A stretch of DNA of 63,577 nucleotides, filler included, from Pelomyxa schiedti (GCA_020536535.1; 5 parts of 5 records of this genome joined end to end with filler, not necessarily neighbours in it); one strand, 5' to 3'. Counted from the first letter of the whole stretch, positions 1-12,261 are shown. The notes: generated by a model from the letters alone, not told the origin. Numbers and translations are program-made.

Positions 1-302
1 CGACGAGCATCATCAGTTCGTCATCAAACAAGGGTGCTCCCCTCAAGTCCCTGTTCAGGTCATCTGCTGCGTTTTACATTTATGCCAGTGGAACAAACCT
101 CGCTGGTGATTGGTATGTGTGACCATTCCCTGCACACCTCGATTCCTGACGTTTTGTTACTTCAAGGATTTTTGTTCCCTGAAGTCAAGATTGGAGCCAC
201 ACTTACTTATTTACTCAGTTGTTGCTTTTTCCTTTTGTATAATCCTCTCTGTAATGGAAATCGTTCCGAAATGGATGATGTTGCTCTTATTTCTGCATTT
301 GC

Positions 303-3300
303 TTGTTGAGCTTCGTCTTTTTCCTCGTCCATTCACCGAAATCCACAATCAAAGGAGTCTCGACGCTAGTCACAGGCCAGCCGTCCACCTCGTACAACGG
401 CGAGTGGAAAGACAACAAGATGCACGGCCGCGGAGTGCTGTTCGTGTCGGGAGGGTCGTGCGACAGCGAGTGGAAGAACGGCGTAGCGGACGGGTGGGGC
501 GCCGACTGCCCCCGTCGTGGTGGGTGGTACGAGGGGCTGTGGCGCGGCGGGCACTGGCGCAGGGGAGCACAGCACCACAGAAACGGCAACGACGTGTGGG
601 AGGGCGATTGGGCGTGGGACGACACGGCGAAGGAACACAGGATGCACGGGTGGGGTGTGTGGAGGAAGAGGATGACAAAGGGCGATGACGGGAGATACAC
701 CGAAGCCCAGCCTGCCTCCCGTGGATTCTTTGACTTCTTTGGTGAAGGTGCCAGATTCGTGGATACCCTCAAGAATGCTGTTGTTATTCAAGCGGCGGTG
801 AAGGTTGTTGATGTCAAAGCAGCTGTGAATGCTGAGGCACATGGCAAGCCCGTCAATCTTGAAGTTGGTCGTTCCAAGAAGAAATCCAAGTCATCTTCAA
901 GCAGCAGCAACTCAGGACAAAACAAGGGATTGAAACTGGGTCGGGGCAAGGTTGAGGCCAAGGCTGACGTTAAGGTGGTGGCTGATGTGAAGGCAGATGT
1001 TAAAGTGAATCCCAAAAATGCAACGGAGTGGGTGACAGTGTATGAGGGAGAGTGGAATAACGGGCAGAGGCACGGGAAAGGAACGTGGAGGTCACTCTCG
1101 GGCACAATCTACTGTGGTGAGTGGGACCACAATGTGATGAGCGGAACAGGGAGGATGCTCATTGGTGAAAACGATCCACTCAACGACCCAGGAGGGAGCT
1201 ACGTGGGTGGCATGAGGGATGACAAGTTCTACGGGGAGGGTGAGAGAGTGTGGTCAAATGGTGACAGGTATCAGGGAACCTGGAATGATGGAAAGGAGCA
1301 TGGGAACGGCACGAAGAAGTGGGCCAGGGATGGGTCATCATTCACTGGTAAGTGGGTGAATGGTGTCCCTGTCAATGGCACACTGGAGTGGCCAAATGGT
1401 GACAAGTTCACAGGCACTTTCACGGAGGAAATGAGTTGTGCACAACAAGGTGAGAACCGGATCAGATACTGTGGTGAGGGTTTTCTGTCATTGGATGGAA
1501 ACAACAAATTAAAGGGAAGTCTGCAAGGCAACAACACATTCCACGGAGCTGATGGGGTTACTTCCCACGTTATGGGATCATCCTCGACACAGTTGGTACA
1601 CAGCCCACTCATCCAGGTGTTAACTCTGTTCCCCTCTTATTTCACAGAGTAACAAAAAAAAGAAACTGAAGGAGGAGCACAACAAAGAGAGGGAGACTGA
1701 AAGAAACAAGTGGAACAATGAAAGAACACAACTTCAGGACATGCTTAACACCACAGAAATGAGGCTACAGGCATGTGAACGTTCACAAATTATCCTTCAT
1801 TAACAACCACTTCCAAAAAAAAAAAGGAACTGACCCACGAGAGAGATCAGCTTCAAGAGCAACTACGAGATACAAAAGAACTCCAGTCCAAACAAAAAAA
1901 TGGTGAGGAAGAAGAATGTGATGGGGTGAACACTGCTGGCTCAATACTTGGTGCCGACAAAACAACGCGATCAGAAGCACTGTCTGAGTTGAGCACAGCA
2001 TTCAAGGTGGCCACCAAGTTCCGATCACAGTTGAAAAAAGCAGCACCTCTGTTGGTCTCACTTGAGGAGTCAGTTTCGGGACTGAATCAGTTCTTACAAA
2101 GTGCCACTGAAAGGAACCAATCACTTGAAGTTCACCTCACGGAACTGGCAACTCTGAGGGAATCACTTGAAAAGGTTGAGGAGTCCGACACAAAATGCAA
2201 GGAAATCCTTGGCCAAACACTGACGGGCATGAGCAGCGACTCAGACATTCAGCAGTGCTCCAGGAACATCTCAGCATTAATTCAGAAGCTTCTGGGAACC
2301 AAGCCGTCTTTGCTGTCAGGTTGCACCAACACAGAAGAAGTACAGGAAAGAAGAAGAACACCTGCAGTTCCATCCAAAGGTAAACGTAAGTATCTCTGTT
2401 CTTCTGACAACACACCCAGACATCAACAACTTGATGAAAACAAAACCGTGGTTGAAAACTGTGGAACTTCCTCCTCCACCCTCCTCTGGTACGTCAGAAC
2501 CTTTCACATCAATTCTGAGAGGGATCGCTATCAAAGCATCACTGATTCAAGGAGAATGCAGCAAGTTTGACAACTGTAGAAAGCTCATTGAAGAACACAC
2601 GCTGTTGCGCAAGGAGTGCAATTCACAGGCAACACTGGGCCAAGACCTCGGCAGGGAAATCGAGGAGCTCCTTGCAACATGCCAGGGCACCAATGAGCAG
2701 TACAAAAGCAAATACATGCTGATGAGAGGGCTTGAGGGTGACGAGCAGTTCATGGCACACCCTGATGTGTGGTCTCAGCTCTCTGTGTTACTCCCACGTT
2801 CACTTCAGTCAGTGGTGGATGTCACATTGTCCAAGTGTGCGTCAACAAGGAGCATCAACGAGCAATCACAAGTTCCTAATCCTTCCACCACTGCTGCCAC
2901 AACAGCAACAACAACAAAAGCGCAGCAGCCTGGGTGCACCTCAGAAATGATGACTACGGGAGGAATCATCGGCATGACAACAACAACACCACCAACCCCT
3001 GAGTCAGGGGTGAACAGCTGCTCCAACACAGGAATGGTGATGAGCAACAGCATGGAGTGCATTGTTTGTGATGAGAGGCCACGCAACATCAGGTTCCACC
3101 CTTGTGGTCATGGCGTATGCTGCTCTGAGGTATTATTATTAATTGAAAATTAATTATTTTATCTATCACACAGGGACACACCCCTTCAACAACCAACACC
3201 GACACAACTAACTTGTGTGAACAACCCCACAAATAGTGTGCATCAAATGTGAGGAAGTGTCCATTCTGCCGTTCTCCAATCCAACAGAAACAGAAGTTGT

Positions 3301-3308
3301 TCCTCTGA
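303..3308 (+). CDS. MORN-repeat protein with coiled coil and C-terminal C3HC4 RING (putative E3 ligase); 5' end unresolved
   Basis: Multiple MORN repeats (YNGEWKDNKMHGRG, YEGEWNNGQRHGKG, YQGTWNDGKEHGNG). Introns at about 1616-1652, 1771-1826 (GC-AG), 2380-2419 and 3130-3236 join the ORFs and give CIVCDERPRNIRFHPCGHGVCCSE|CASNVRKCPFCRSPIQQKQKLFL*. Confidence 0.85.
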
Positions 3309-3793
3309 TGCTCTGACAAAAGAAGTAAGTGGGTGATGGCTCCATCCTTCCAAAATTCCTTTTTGTTTGTGGAGTGGGGACCTGATTGACTGAGTTGTGG
3401 TAAGAGAAGTATGGTGAATGAGTTGTCTTGTGAAAGTGATGACTTCCCGAAGTGAGTGAATCAGACAACTTCTGGGAATTCAATGAACGTGATGCTGTGC
3501 TCTGGGTCCACTGAATACTTGGAATTCAGGGGAAGAACCTGGGCTTATAAGCAACACACTTTCACCACACCTCCACCAGATCAATGGGATTGAGAGTGGA
3601 AGGGTTCATTGGGGTGGCGAACCTGCAGATGCTGTGGCAGGTGCACACGGCCAATACTAAGCAGAATGATTGCATTGCCAGAAGAAATTTCCAGTCCAAT
3701 TGGTGGTCCACACTTTATAGTGCTCGTCTGATGAAATGCAGAACAATTACTGTAATTGATGCCGTGACACTTTTTTTCCCTCCCAGGACAAAA

Positions 3794-5062
3794 TTAGTGG
3801 ACTGAGGTATCAACAAGGTCCATGAGCCATCTATGTATCTCCCAATTCAGTACAACAAGCCCTGATGATGCTTCAATCACTTGCAACTTGTCATCTCGCA
3901 TTAGCAGTATGAACCCACCACCTCCAAGGGCAGTGGTCATGTCATCAATAGGTATGGTCCTGACCGAAAAAAAATCTCTTGTTGTTTCGTTGCAGTCCCA
4001 AATGTCCAACTTATGTATGTCTCTGTGGAGGATTGAGAACTGGGAGCAACTCAGTTGATATAATGTGCAGTTGGATTCATGGGGATAGAGCTTGTTCACC
4101 CTTCCATCATCGGAGTGAACGGCAACAATGATTGACATGAGGGAAATGTTGTAAGTCTGAACAATGAATATGTGATGACTGGCAATGTTTCTCAGCACAA
4201 TAAAATCCCCTGTTTGCCATCCACCGTCCTCGAAGTTCAGTTGTGGAAACGGACAGGCAGTTACCTTCACAACCTGCAGTATTCCGGTTGAGAAGGTCTT
4301 TTCAACATCCACCACCAAGAAGGACCTGCTTGTGTCCATGTTCTTCATGAGAATCACTGCCTGTGACGAAACGGCTTCAACCAGAACAAAGTTCACATTT
4401 CGAGACTCAGGGAGTTCTACAACAACCGGGGGAGAATCTTCCGCCCCGACCGGTGTGACAGCGAACTGCTTGCCTCCATTTCTGATTTGCAACCACCACT
4501 TACCATTTGTTTGCCAGCGGGTCTTCATCAGCTTGGTCTGCCCAGTGAGTGCATCCTTGAGCCTGGTAACATTCTCGCGGTGGAAAAACTGCAAGACCCT
4601 ATTTTCATCGACCCACCTCAGCGGCATTGCCTCCCCATTTCCAACCAGATCCCTTGCCTTGGAAACGTGCACAACAGTGGTGATTCCCATAAGCAAGGGC
4701 GACATCCCAAACTGGATGAAGACCCAGCGAGCTTCGTCGAGGAGATGGTCTCGAGGCAGGCCGACCAGTCTCAGTGTAAACACCCTGTGGCAGCCGACGA
4801 CCCAGTCGTCCCACAATTGCTTGAGCAGGTGCGTGCCCAAAACTCGAGCCGGCGATCTGGCCCCGCACCTCGCCGACTGCACGGCAACAGCCAACGATGC
4901 GAATTGGTCAGCGGCGAACAGTGCTGTGTGGAAAACGATGTCGCCCAGCCAACTCGGTTTCGTCACTGCGACATGGTCGATCCAAGGTTGAGATGTGCCA
5001 AGTACATTATTATCTGTGCCGAGTCTCGGTCTCTTGTGTATCTGTGAAGCCTCGTCTGACAT
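3794..5062 (-). CDS. Intronless hypothetical protein (about 420 aa), probably from a lineage-specific family; C-terminal half beta-rich
   Basis: Long uninterrupted ORF, likely start MSDEASQIHKRPRL, with N-terminal motif DQFASLAVAVQSARCGARSPARVLGTHLLKQLWDDWV; no recognisable catalytic motif. Confidence 0.7.
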   Translation of the reverse strand: MSDEASQIHKRPRLGTDNNVLGTSQPWIDHVAVTKPSWLGDIVFHTALFAADQFASLAVAVQSARCGARSPARVLGTHLLKQLWDDWVVGCHRVFTLRLVGLPRDHLLDEARWVFIQFGMSPLLMGITTVVHVSKARDLVGNGEAMPLRWVDENRVLQFFHRENVTRLKDALTGQTKLMKTRWQTNGKWWLQIRNGGKQFAVTPVGAEDSPPVVVELPESRNVNFVLVEAVSSQAVILMKNMDTSRSFLVVDVEKTFSTGILQVVKVTACPFPQLNFEDGGWQTGDFIVLRNIASHHIFIVQTYNISLMSIIVAVHSDDGRVNKLYPHESNCTLYQLSCSQFSILHRDIHKLDIWDCNETTRDFFSVRTIPIDDMTTALGGGGFILLMRDDKLQVIEASSGLVVLNWEIHRWLMDLVDTSVH

Positions 5063-5120
5063 ACAACGCCCTGGGTTCGCCGAAATTGGCTTTTTATTTG
5101 AAGAAAGTAATAACACGTTG

Positions 5121-7755
5121 TCAAAGACCAAGAATCACCAGGAGGAGAATAAAAATAACAGCAAGGATGAGACCCATGGCAAGTTTGTGCCTGATCCACG
5201 CGTCGCTGTATGCAGGGCAATGGTGTCGCAAAAAAAGATGCTGCGATGTAACGCCAGCTCGTAGCAAAATCACGAATTTGTCATACCAGATGATCAGCCC
5301 GACAATAGTCCCAAGAATTCCAATTCGCTGCATGTGAGTCAATTGACGGGATGAGTGGGAGGTTGTTGGAGGTTTGGGGTTTGTTTGTTTGTTTGTTTGT
5401 TTGTGGTGGGGTGGAGTGTGGGGCGATTGATTGATTCACGGAGGAGGATTAAAGCAAACCAGGGATTTGTGGTTGTCACGTTCCTTCCAGATGTATTTGG
5501 TGAACAGGAACGTTGATGACAGCATCACAGCGGAAGCTACAGCCACGAAAATCGGGTTCACGTGTGTCTGTTCATTTGTTTGGTGAGTGGGGACTGATTA
5601 AGGTTAATAGTACTATTGATCGGAAGAAGCAAATCCACTCTGACGGAAAAGGGATGGCTCCGGCGATCACAATGGCAAACGGGAACCAGTAAAAGCTATT
5701 TGTCTGCCGGAAGAGGTGAGATTGGGATGAGAAAAAGGAATTCACCTCAGATGAAAGGGAAAATGCGAAAAGAATGAATGCACTCACAAGTGAAAACTGT
5801 TGAAATTTGGCAGTGTGTCGTGAGAAAAGGGGAACTTACCCACAGAGAGCAGCTAATGTAATTCTGATCCGGTGGCCAAAGCGCACAGTTGTTATCAGTC
5901 TCCTTGCGTGGAATGCTCAGGCACTTCACAAGCAAGATGATAATTGGAATCAGTCCAACAACTCCAAGTGGATTCCTCAGCGAAGCCAAAACCTTGGAGT
6001 CATAACTGTCTTTCTTCATAGCACTCTTTTGTACAAAGAATCCCAGCCACTGGAATTTCCGTGTTTGTGGTGGTCACTTCGCAAAAGAAGAAGTGTGAGA
6101 ACAGACCTGATAGTGCCAAATGTAACACCACAAGAAGCGTGCCACATCTCTTGGAGACCACCTGAGAATTGTTGGGAGAGATGTGAAGAGAGAAGGTGAA
6201 AGAGAACCATTTGTCGTGAATCAATGGATTGTATCCCGGAACATCACCGGTCAGAGGCATGGGAACTCTGCCCTTTTTCCTCATCACCCAAAGGAACTTC
6301 GCTTTGGAGTTGCTGCAAAACTTTTCCGGTGATGTTGTTTGCCACGTTTTCAGTGCTTCCATTTCGGTGCGGTTGCGTGTTGCATTTTTCCACTCCTCTT
6401 TTTCCTCAAGGGGAATGGTCTCGTCCATATATGTCACAGCGTTTCTCACTGCGTTGCGAACTTCTTCTCTGCACAATAAAGATGTTTGAGATTGGTGTGA
6501 CACGACTGTTTGGAGGGTAAAACACACATTATGTGAGGAATCCAAACTGCATCGTCGGCTGACAATTGCCTGCGCCAAATTGTGCACACTTGACTGCACG
6601 ACAGGCAATCCTTCCAGGACAAAAGGCTCCTCCCACAATACTATTGAAATGTTGGGGTTGTAAAGAAGCTACTTGGCGGAAGGGGTACACACAGTGGTGA
6701 AAGTACACACAAGTCTGAGAGCGAATGTACTCATTTGCATCTCACCAGAATTCATAGGCTCTCCGGGTGCTCCCTCTTCACTTGAATGTATCTGCCTTCG
6801 ACAGGACTTGGCTGGCATCTCTTCTTGTTCCTCGAGTGAGCTCATTGATTGGTTGGTGAGCTCAAGTTGAAGCTTGGTCTTGTCGTCCAATTCCTCACCA
6901 GTTGCTGGAATCGTTACAAGCTCATCTAATGTCACAGAAGTCTGTTGTGGGCATCCCTGGAGTTGTTTGGGGAAATTTATTGTGAGGAATATTATTTGTT
7001 GCCGGAAACACTTGCCTTGCATTGGGAATTGTGAAAGAATTCTTCCACAAGAAACATAGCGATATCATGGTGACCAGTACTCTCAGCAACTTCACATGGT
7101 GTGTCACCGTATTTATGACGAAGAGTGGGGTTTGCATTGCCTGTGTCGGTGGTCGTTCATATAATTATACATAATCTGAAAGAAAGTACAGTTTTGAACC
7201 AGCACTTTCACAACATGGAGATGTCCCTGCATTACAGCCCACATAAGAGGTGTCCTCCAGCGACCATCTCTGACATTGACATCAGCGTGATACTGCTTGA
7301 CCAAAATGTATGCAAGGTATGCATGCCCACTGTAGTATGGAATGACTTATGGTTGAGAAAGGGAAGTGCACTTAATAATAAACAATAAAAGAAGAAAGTG
7401 CGTACGAGAAACATGCAAAGTGAAGCGGTGACATGCCAATTTTCTTTTTCACAGTTTTCTCTGTGATATTTACATCACAGTGGCACTGGTCAATCAAGTA
7501 CCTGGTGGTCCTCACATATCCTCTCTTGCACGCGATGTGCAGAGGGTACAAACCTATTTTATTCATGGTTATTGTTTCTTCACATCACATCACATCCCAT
7601 CAGAGAGAAAGGGAGGCAGGGCACAGGGCGTACATACCTTCTCGATATGGACGCGTGAGCCAGGCAGGGTCGTAGGCAGTCATCAGCCTTGGGATCGACT
7701 CAGGATCTCGCAGGAAGGCCTCGTGGGGCGCCAGCTTGGCCAGTGCCTCCCTCAT
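5121..7755 (-). CDS. N-terminal ankyrin repeats plus C-terminal multi-pass membrane domain
   Basis: Ankyrin motifs (LYPLHIACKRG, MSPLHFAC, DVNVRDGRWRTPLMWAVMQGHLHVVKVLV). Spliced 3' exons give several hydrophobic helices (GVVGLIPIIILLV, FSLVSAFILFAFSL, PIFVAVASAVMLSSTFLF, GLILAVIFILLLVILGL*). Confidence 0.7.
5379..5403. repeat. (GTTT)n microsatellite inside a predicted intron
   Basis: About six tandem GTTT units. Confidence 0.9.
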
Positions 7756-7976
7756 CGTCGACGAACTACCCGTCGGCGACCCCCCGCCGTTATTCGCTGC
7801 CGTTGCTGATGCTGTGTCCGATTCGGCTATGTTTATTGTTCCTGCTAGCAGCCAGGATCGGCTATCGAGTAACTGCCTGGAGGTTATCCTATCGTTTAGA
7901 TCACTGACGACTTTCAGTAAAATCAACCTCCAAAATTTGGTTTGAATGGAGTGTCAATCGAGCATGTGTTACTCAA

Positions 7977-10515
7977 TCATACACCAAGGAACCACACCCT
8001 TTCCAGCACGAACCTGCACATCTTTGGTTCCGTTGCGCCATTGTTCTCCAGCAAGTCCAGTCTCCAGTACCTGTACTTGTCGTTGTTGTTGTCATCATCC
8101 ACCCTCCAGCACCTCGGCCACGCCTGTGACGTGCAATCCGCCTCCTCGCACTGCAGAACCGGCACCCATAATCGCTTGTGCCCCGGCGGGGTGTTGGTGG
8201 CCGACAGCGAGAATGTTTTGACAGCCTGGGGGTCCCCTCCATCACTTGAACGGTTCTTCATTTGGAATTGGGTAAGCCTCTTAGGTCTCTTCAGGTCATA
8301 CACTATCCAAACAATTCTGTCTGTTGTATTGTATTGTTGGGGTTAGGGTGGGTGCAAAGAAAGAAGAAAAGCTGATTTTGTTTTTATGAGTGGTATGTGC
8401 ATGCGAAGTGTATGCTTGTTGAAGAGTAGTACAGAAAGGGGTGATTAGAGAGTGTGGCATACTTAAAAGAGTGGGGTCAGTATCCATTTTCCTATTTGTG
8501 GGTGAAGCGTAGCTCTGTCCATTGTCCAGCAGTGTGTTGACCGCGGACCAGTCCTTATTAAAAGATTCTGTGGAGGCAATAACCTTTGCATTTAGCACAT
8601 GCTCCCTCATCTTCAGCCTATGCACGCTGGCCTGGAGTGTAAGTACCTGCGACTTTGCAAGTGCCAGTTCCTTTGCCATTGCCTTCAGCTTCCTCCTGTC
8701 ATCTCTCTCAATTAAGGGCGACTTGGGTGCACAATCACTGTCAGCTTTGCTTGGTTGACGTGGGAACCACTTTGAAAACATTGTCTGAAGGGGCTTGGTA
8801 TTTAGGTTCTTTGTGAAGCTCTCAAGTGTTGCACATGGAATCAGTGCATTGCTGTTAATCATCCCCATGGCCTCTACTTGAAGTGAATCCAGCCTTTTCT
8901 TCATTGTGCTCTTCTTCACAAGGTCTGTGTCTCCAATGTTAAGTGCCTTTTCCACTACTTTTTCCAGTCCTGATTTGTACACATCAATGCATTCTTGCTG
9001 TTCTTTCAAAATTGAATCTTAGAGGAATGTTACTCACAGTGACCCAAATGCAGCACATCAATGAAATTGATCTATGAAACTGAAGTGTGAAATTGTATTG
9101 CTGTACCTATCAAGCTCAAGAGTGCTCTAAGTGTCCGTCTAGCTGCATATGCTTGTTGCTTCATGGGAGCTTTAGCATCATCTACATTCTTAAGAATTGC
9201 ATCAGCGTAGCCATGTATATCCAAACGAGACTGTTCAACGTTGTTTATAGCTGCATTTACAACCACCATGCTGTCTTGAAGTTTTGCAATAGAACCTGTA
9301 GCGGCAAGAGAAACTGTAAGCACACCAGCTCAAGCTTTCGTTCTTTTTACTCAGGTCATATCCACACACATACTTGAAATGAAGATTTGCAGCATAAGAA
9401 TACCACTGCTTATGGGAAGGCATTTGTGAGTTGCGTGAACGCCGCCACTCTTGGAACACAGTGAACAAACAGCTTCATGGTCAACATCACAGAACAGATC
9501 AAGGTCTCGAAAGCCGTGAATAGGACACTTCAACACCGGAGCTTCCAGCAGTCCTTCTACCAAGGGTTCCATCTGATAAGGAGTTGAGAAACGAGAACTC
9601 CGGAGCGGATATAAATACCTTGTGTGAGCTTATCTCAGTTCGTTCATGGCGAAGGGTAAAACACTGGGAGCAAAGTTTCATGTTGCATTGTTTGCAAACA
9701 ACGGAAACTGGATTGCAGACACCCTTTTCATTCTTACAAATGGCCAGCATGCATTCCTTTTGCTCTCAGTTAAAATTTGCCCAGGACGTATGAGGGACAT
9801 ACTTCAGGGGCACTTGAAACGAGATTTGACAAATCGGGAACCAGTGATGATGAAACTCCGCAGCTTGGTACAGGGCAATTGACCTTGATTTCGTTTTCGT
9901 CCTGATTCTTATCTTTCTTGCCTGCGGAGGGATTTATTAAAAACACGGTTTCGGAGCCACTGCAGCCATATCGCAATCATTACCATCGACACAGTCCAAT
10001 TCCAGCAGGTTATTTTCATCATCGTAATCGTCGCGCTTTCTCTTTCTGCTCGGATTATCTTCCTCCTCGTCGTCACCCCCCTCCGCCATCCCATAATTCT
10101 GCCGCCCCATCATCGCCACTCCCCTCTCCTCCTCGTTCGCGGCTAGTAGATCGGACATGGCGCGCCGTGCTATCTGGTGGATGCTGCGCAGCGACGCGGC
10201 GGCGGCGAGGGTCCCGTAGCACCCGCGGCACACGACGTGCCCGCACCCCCCCGGGAACACCACAGGGTCCGCCGCACACGGGGCGACGCACACGGGGCAA
10301 GGCCGGGCGAGCGGGCCGCGGGCCTGCTGCGGGAGCGGGGGCGGGGCAGCCGCCGGAGCGAGGGAGAGGGGGTGCCGCGCAGCGGCGGGAGTGGGCAGGA
10401 GGCCGGGGCGGAGCTGCACGGGCAGAGCGAGGATGGACTCGCGATCGAGGGCACCACCACCACCAGGGGCGGGCGCATGGCCGTCGACGGGTAGCGGCTC
10501 CTTGTTGTCTGCCAT
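7977..10515 (-). CDS. TRIM/RBCC-like protein: RING - B-box - B-box - coiled coil - F5/8 type C (discoidin-like) domain
   Basis: RING CPVC..CGHVVCRGC..CPVPSC; B-box1 CKQCNMKLCSQCFTLRH..H; B-box2 CPIH..LFCDVDHEAVCSLC..H..H; heptad-rich region; C-terminal WIVYDLKRPKRLTQFQMKN...YRYWRL...LERVWFLGV*. Confidence 0.8.
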
Positions 10516-10749
10516 GTGGGCACAGGTTCTGGAGATCTTCCTGAATTGATTCCTGGGGAGAATGTCGACATACTCTGACACCCCAGCGATGTGCCACACG
10601 AGGGAAGTGGTGTCTAGCACGCACACAAGAAATGGCGGAATAAAAAAAACACCAGACCGCCAATCGTGAGCTACGAAAATGACAGCGTCCGGTCTGTTGA
10701 TTACTTTATTCAACCAAATCCCTTCTTTTTTCAGGTTGCTTCTCGGGTG

Positions 10750-12261
10750 ATGAGCGACCACGCAGCAACAGCAGGCAGGGAGGAAGGCCGCGCCACGGGG
10801 ACACCCGCCGGGCCCACTGCGGCCTACGCGGACGGGCAACTGAGCGGGCAGGGGGTCCGGGCTGCGCTTGGGTGGGTCGCGGCACCAAGAGAGGGGCAGG
10901 GCGACGGGGGCGAGGGGGGCGAGGGGTCGGGCTCGGCGGGGGGGCTGGGGGGACTGGGAGGGGAGTACGTGGGGACGTGGGGGAGCTGCGTGAGGGTGTG
11001 CCGCCCGTGGCACTCCCTGTTAATCCCCTTGAGAAAAAGTATGCTTACTTATGATTTAGTGTTTTTGCGTTGTGGGCTGGTGGCATCGCTATGTGTATAT
11101 TATTAGAGTGGCGTTGATGTGGGTGTGTGGGATTGGTAATTACTGTGCTATGAACTGTTACTCCCAAACTCTCTTAGGGTTTACTTTATTATCTGAGGAG
11201 TATGTAAACAGTTATATCACGCAGGATTTGTTGGCGTGCTTCAAGCCACGCAATGCACAAGTCCCTGTGGATGACGAGAGAATGGCTTCCATTCTTGACG
11301 AAATGGGTACAAAGCTGCGCGCTCTCAACTTCGGGTACGTTTCTTCCGGTCTGTTCTGACTGGCACTCACACAAATGACACAGAGTTGAATCTGACACTG
11401 GAAGATCAGGATTGCTGCTTCACAAGGCCGTGCGCCGTTCAAGTGTTCGTGCTGTCAGCTTGTTGTTGAAGCATGGCGCAAACCCTCATGTTAAGAGCAA
11501 GCGCGGGGCATCGGCTATGTCTTTGGCTGCTGGGAAAACTGAAATAGAACAACTGCTCGAGAATGCATCCAAGTGCCACACAAAGCCATTGGACCCTCCG
11601 TTCATCCGCATTGTTGTTAAGAATATATGCTACACTCCTGATGACTATTGCCCATCTCCATGCTTCTTGGGTGATGGCAAAGTTACATGCGCACTGACCG
11701 GCGCCTCTCTATGTGTTTCTGATGTGAGACCCGGAATGAAACTGCGCGGGCCGCCTCCACGAAATACTCTCTCTGCCACAACGACGATATCCCAAATACA
11801 CAGAATTGAACGCACTCCCGTAGAGAAGGTGATGCAAATAGCTTTTGTCAACTCTTTGGGCCTCACTCCGGAACATAGAATCGTGACTCCAAAAAAGAGG
11901 TACTTGACGCTTTCCTGCTTGCACGCATTACTCTTTTCAATAACAGAATAAATGATGCTAATGACGAAGAACCTGGTTGGGTAAAAGCTGGTGATGTTGG
12001 GGAACTGTCAAATGTGTTTGTCAAGGAACTTTTCAACTTTGAACTTGAAAAGGTTACGATTTCACCCCCAATGTGCCACAATTCTAATTTCTTTCTTTCA
12101 GGATGAAGACAATGAATCCTCGGCAGTGATGATAAACGACCTGCAAGTTTCCACGTGAGTATTCATCATTCCATCATTTTTTCCTCACTCTCATTCCTTG
12201 ACCACTCAGTCTGTCAACCCCCTTAACAAGAGAACCACAGAGGAGTTCAATTAAACTTTGA
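10750..12261 (+). CDS. Ankyrin-repeat protein fused to a C-terminal Hint (Vint-type) domain
   Basis: Ankyrin LLHKAVRRSSVRAVSLLLKHGANPHVKSKRGASAMSLAA, then CFLGDGKV..VSDVRPGMKL, LGLTPEHRI, WVKAGDV, LFNFELE, AVMINDLQVSTL after removing GT-AG introns 11900-11946, 12053-12101 and about 12156-12209. Confidence 0.8.

Noticed and set aside
5940-6100. Apparent in-frame TGA stops suggesting readthrough, selenocysteine or a pseudogene
   Set aside because: Resolved by ordinary short GT-AG introns (..HYQ|WLGFFVQ..); no evidence of genetic-code change.
9918-11013. Many long overlapping or antisense ORFs here and at 287-842, 4185-5047, 28221-30985 and 59958-60638
   Set aside because: Shadow ORFs of GC-rich or low-complexity coding exons, with no independent motifs.
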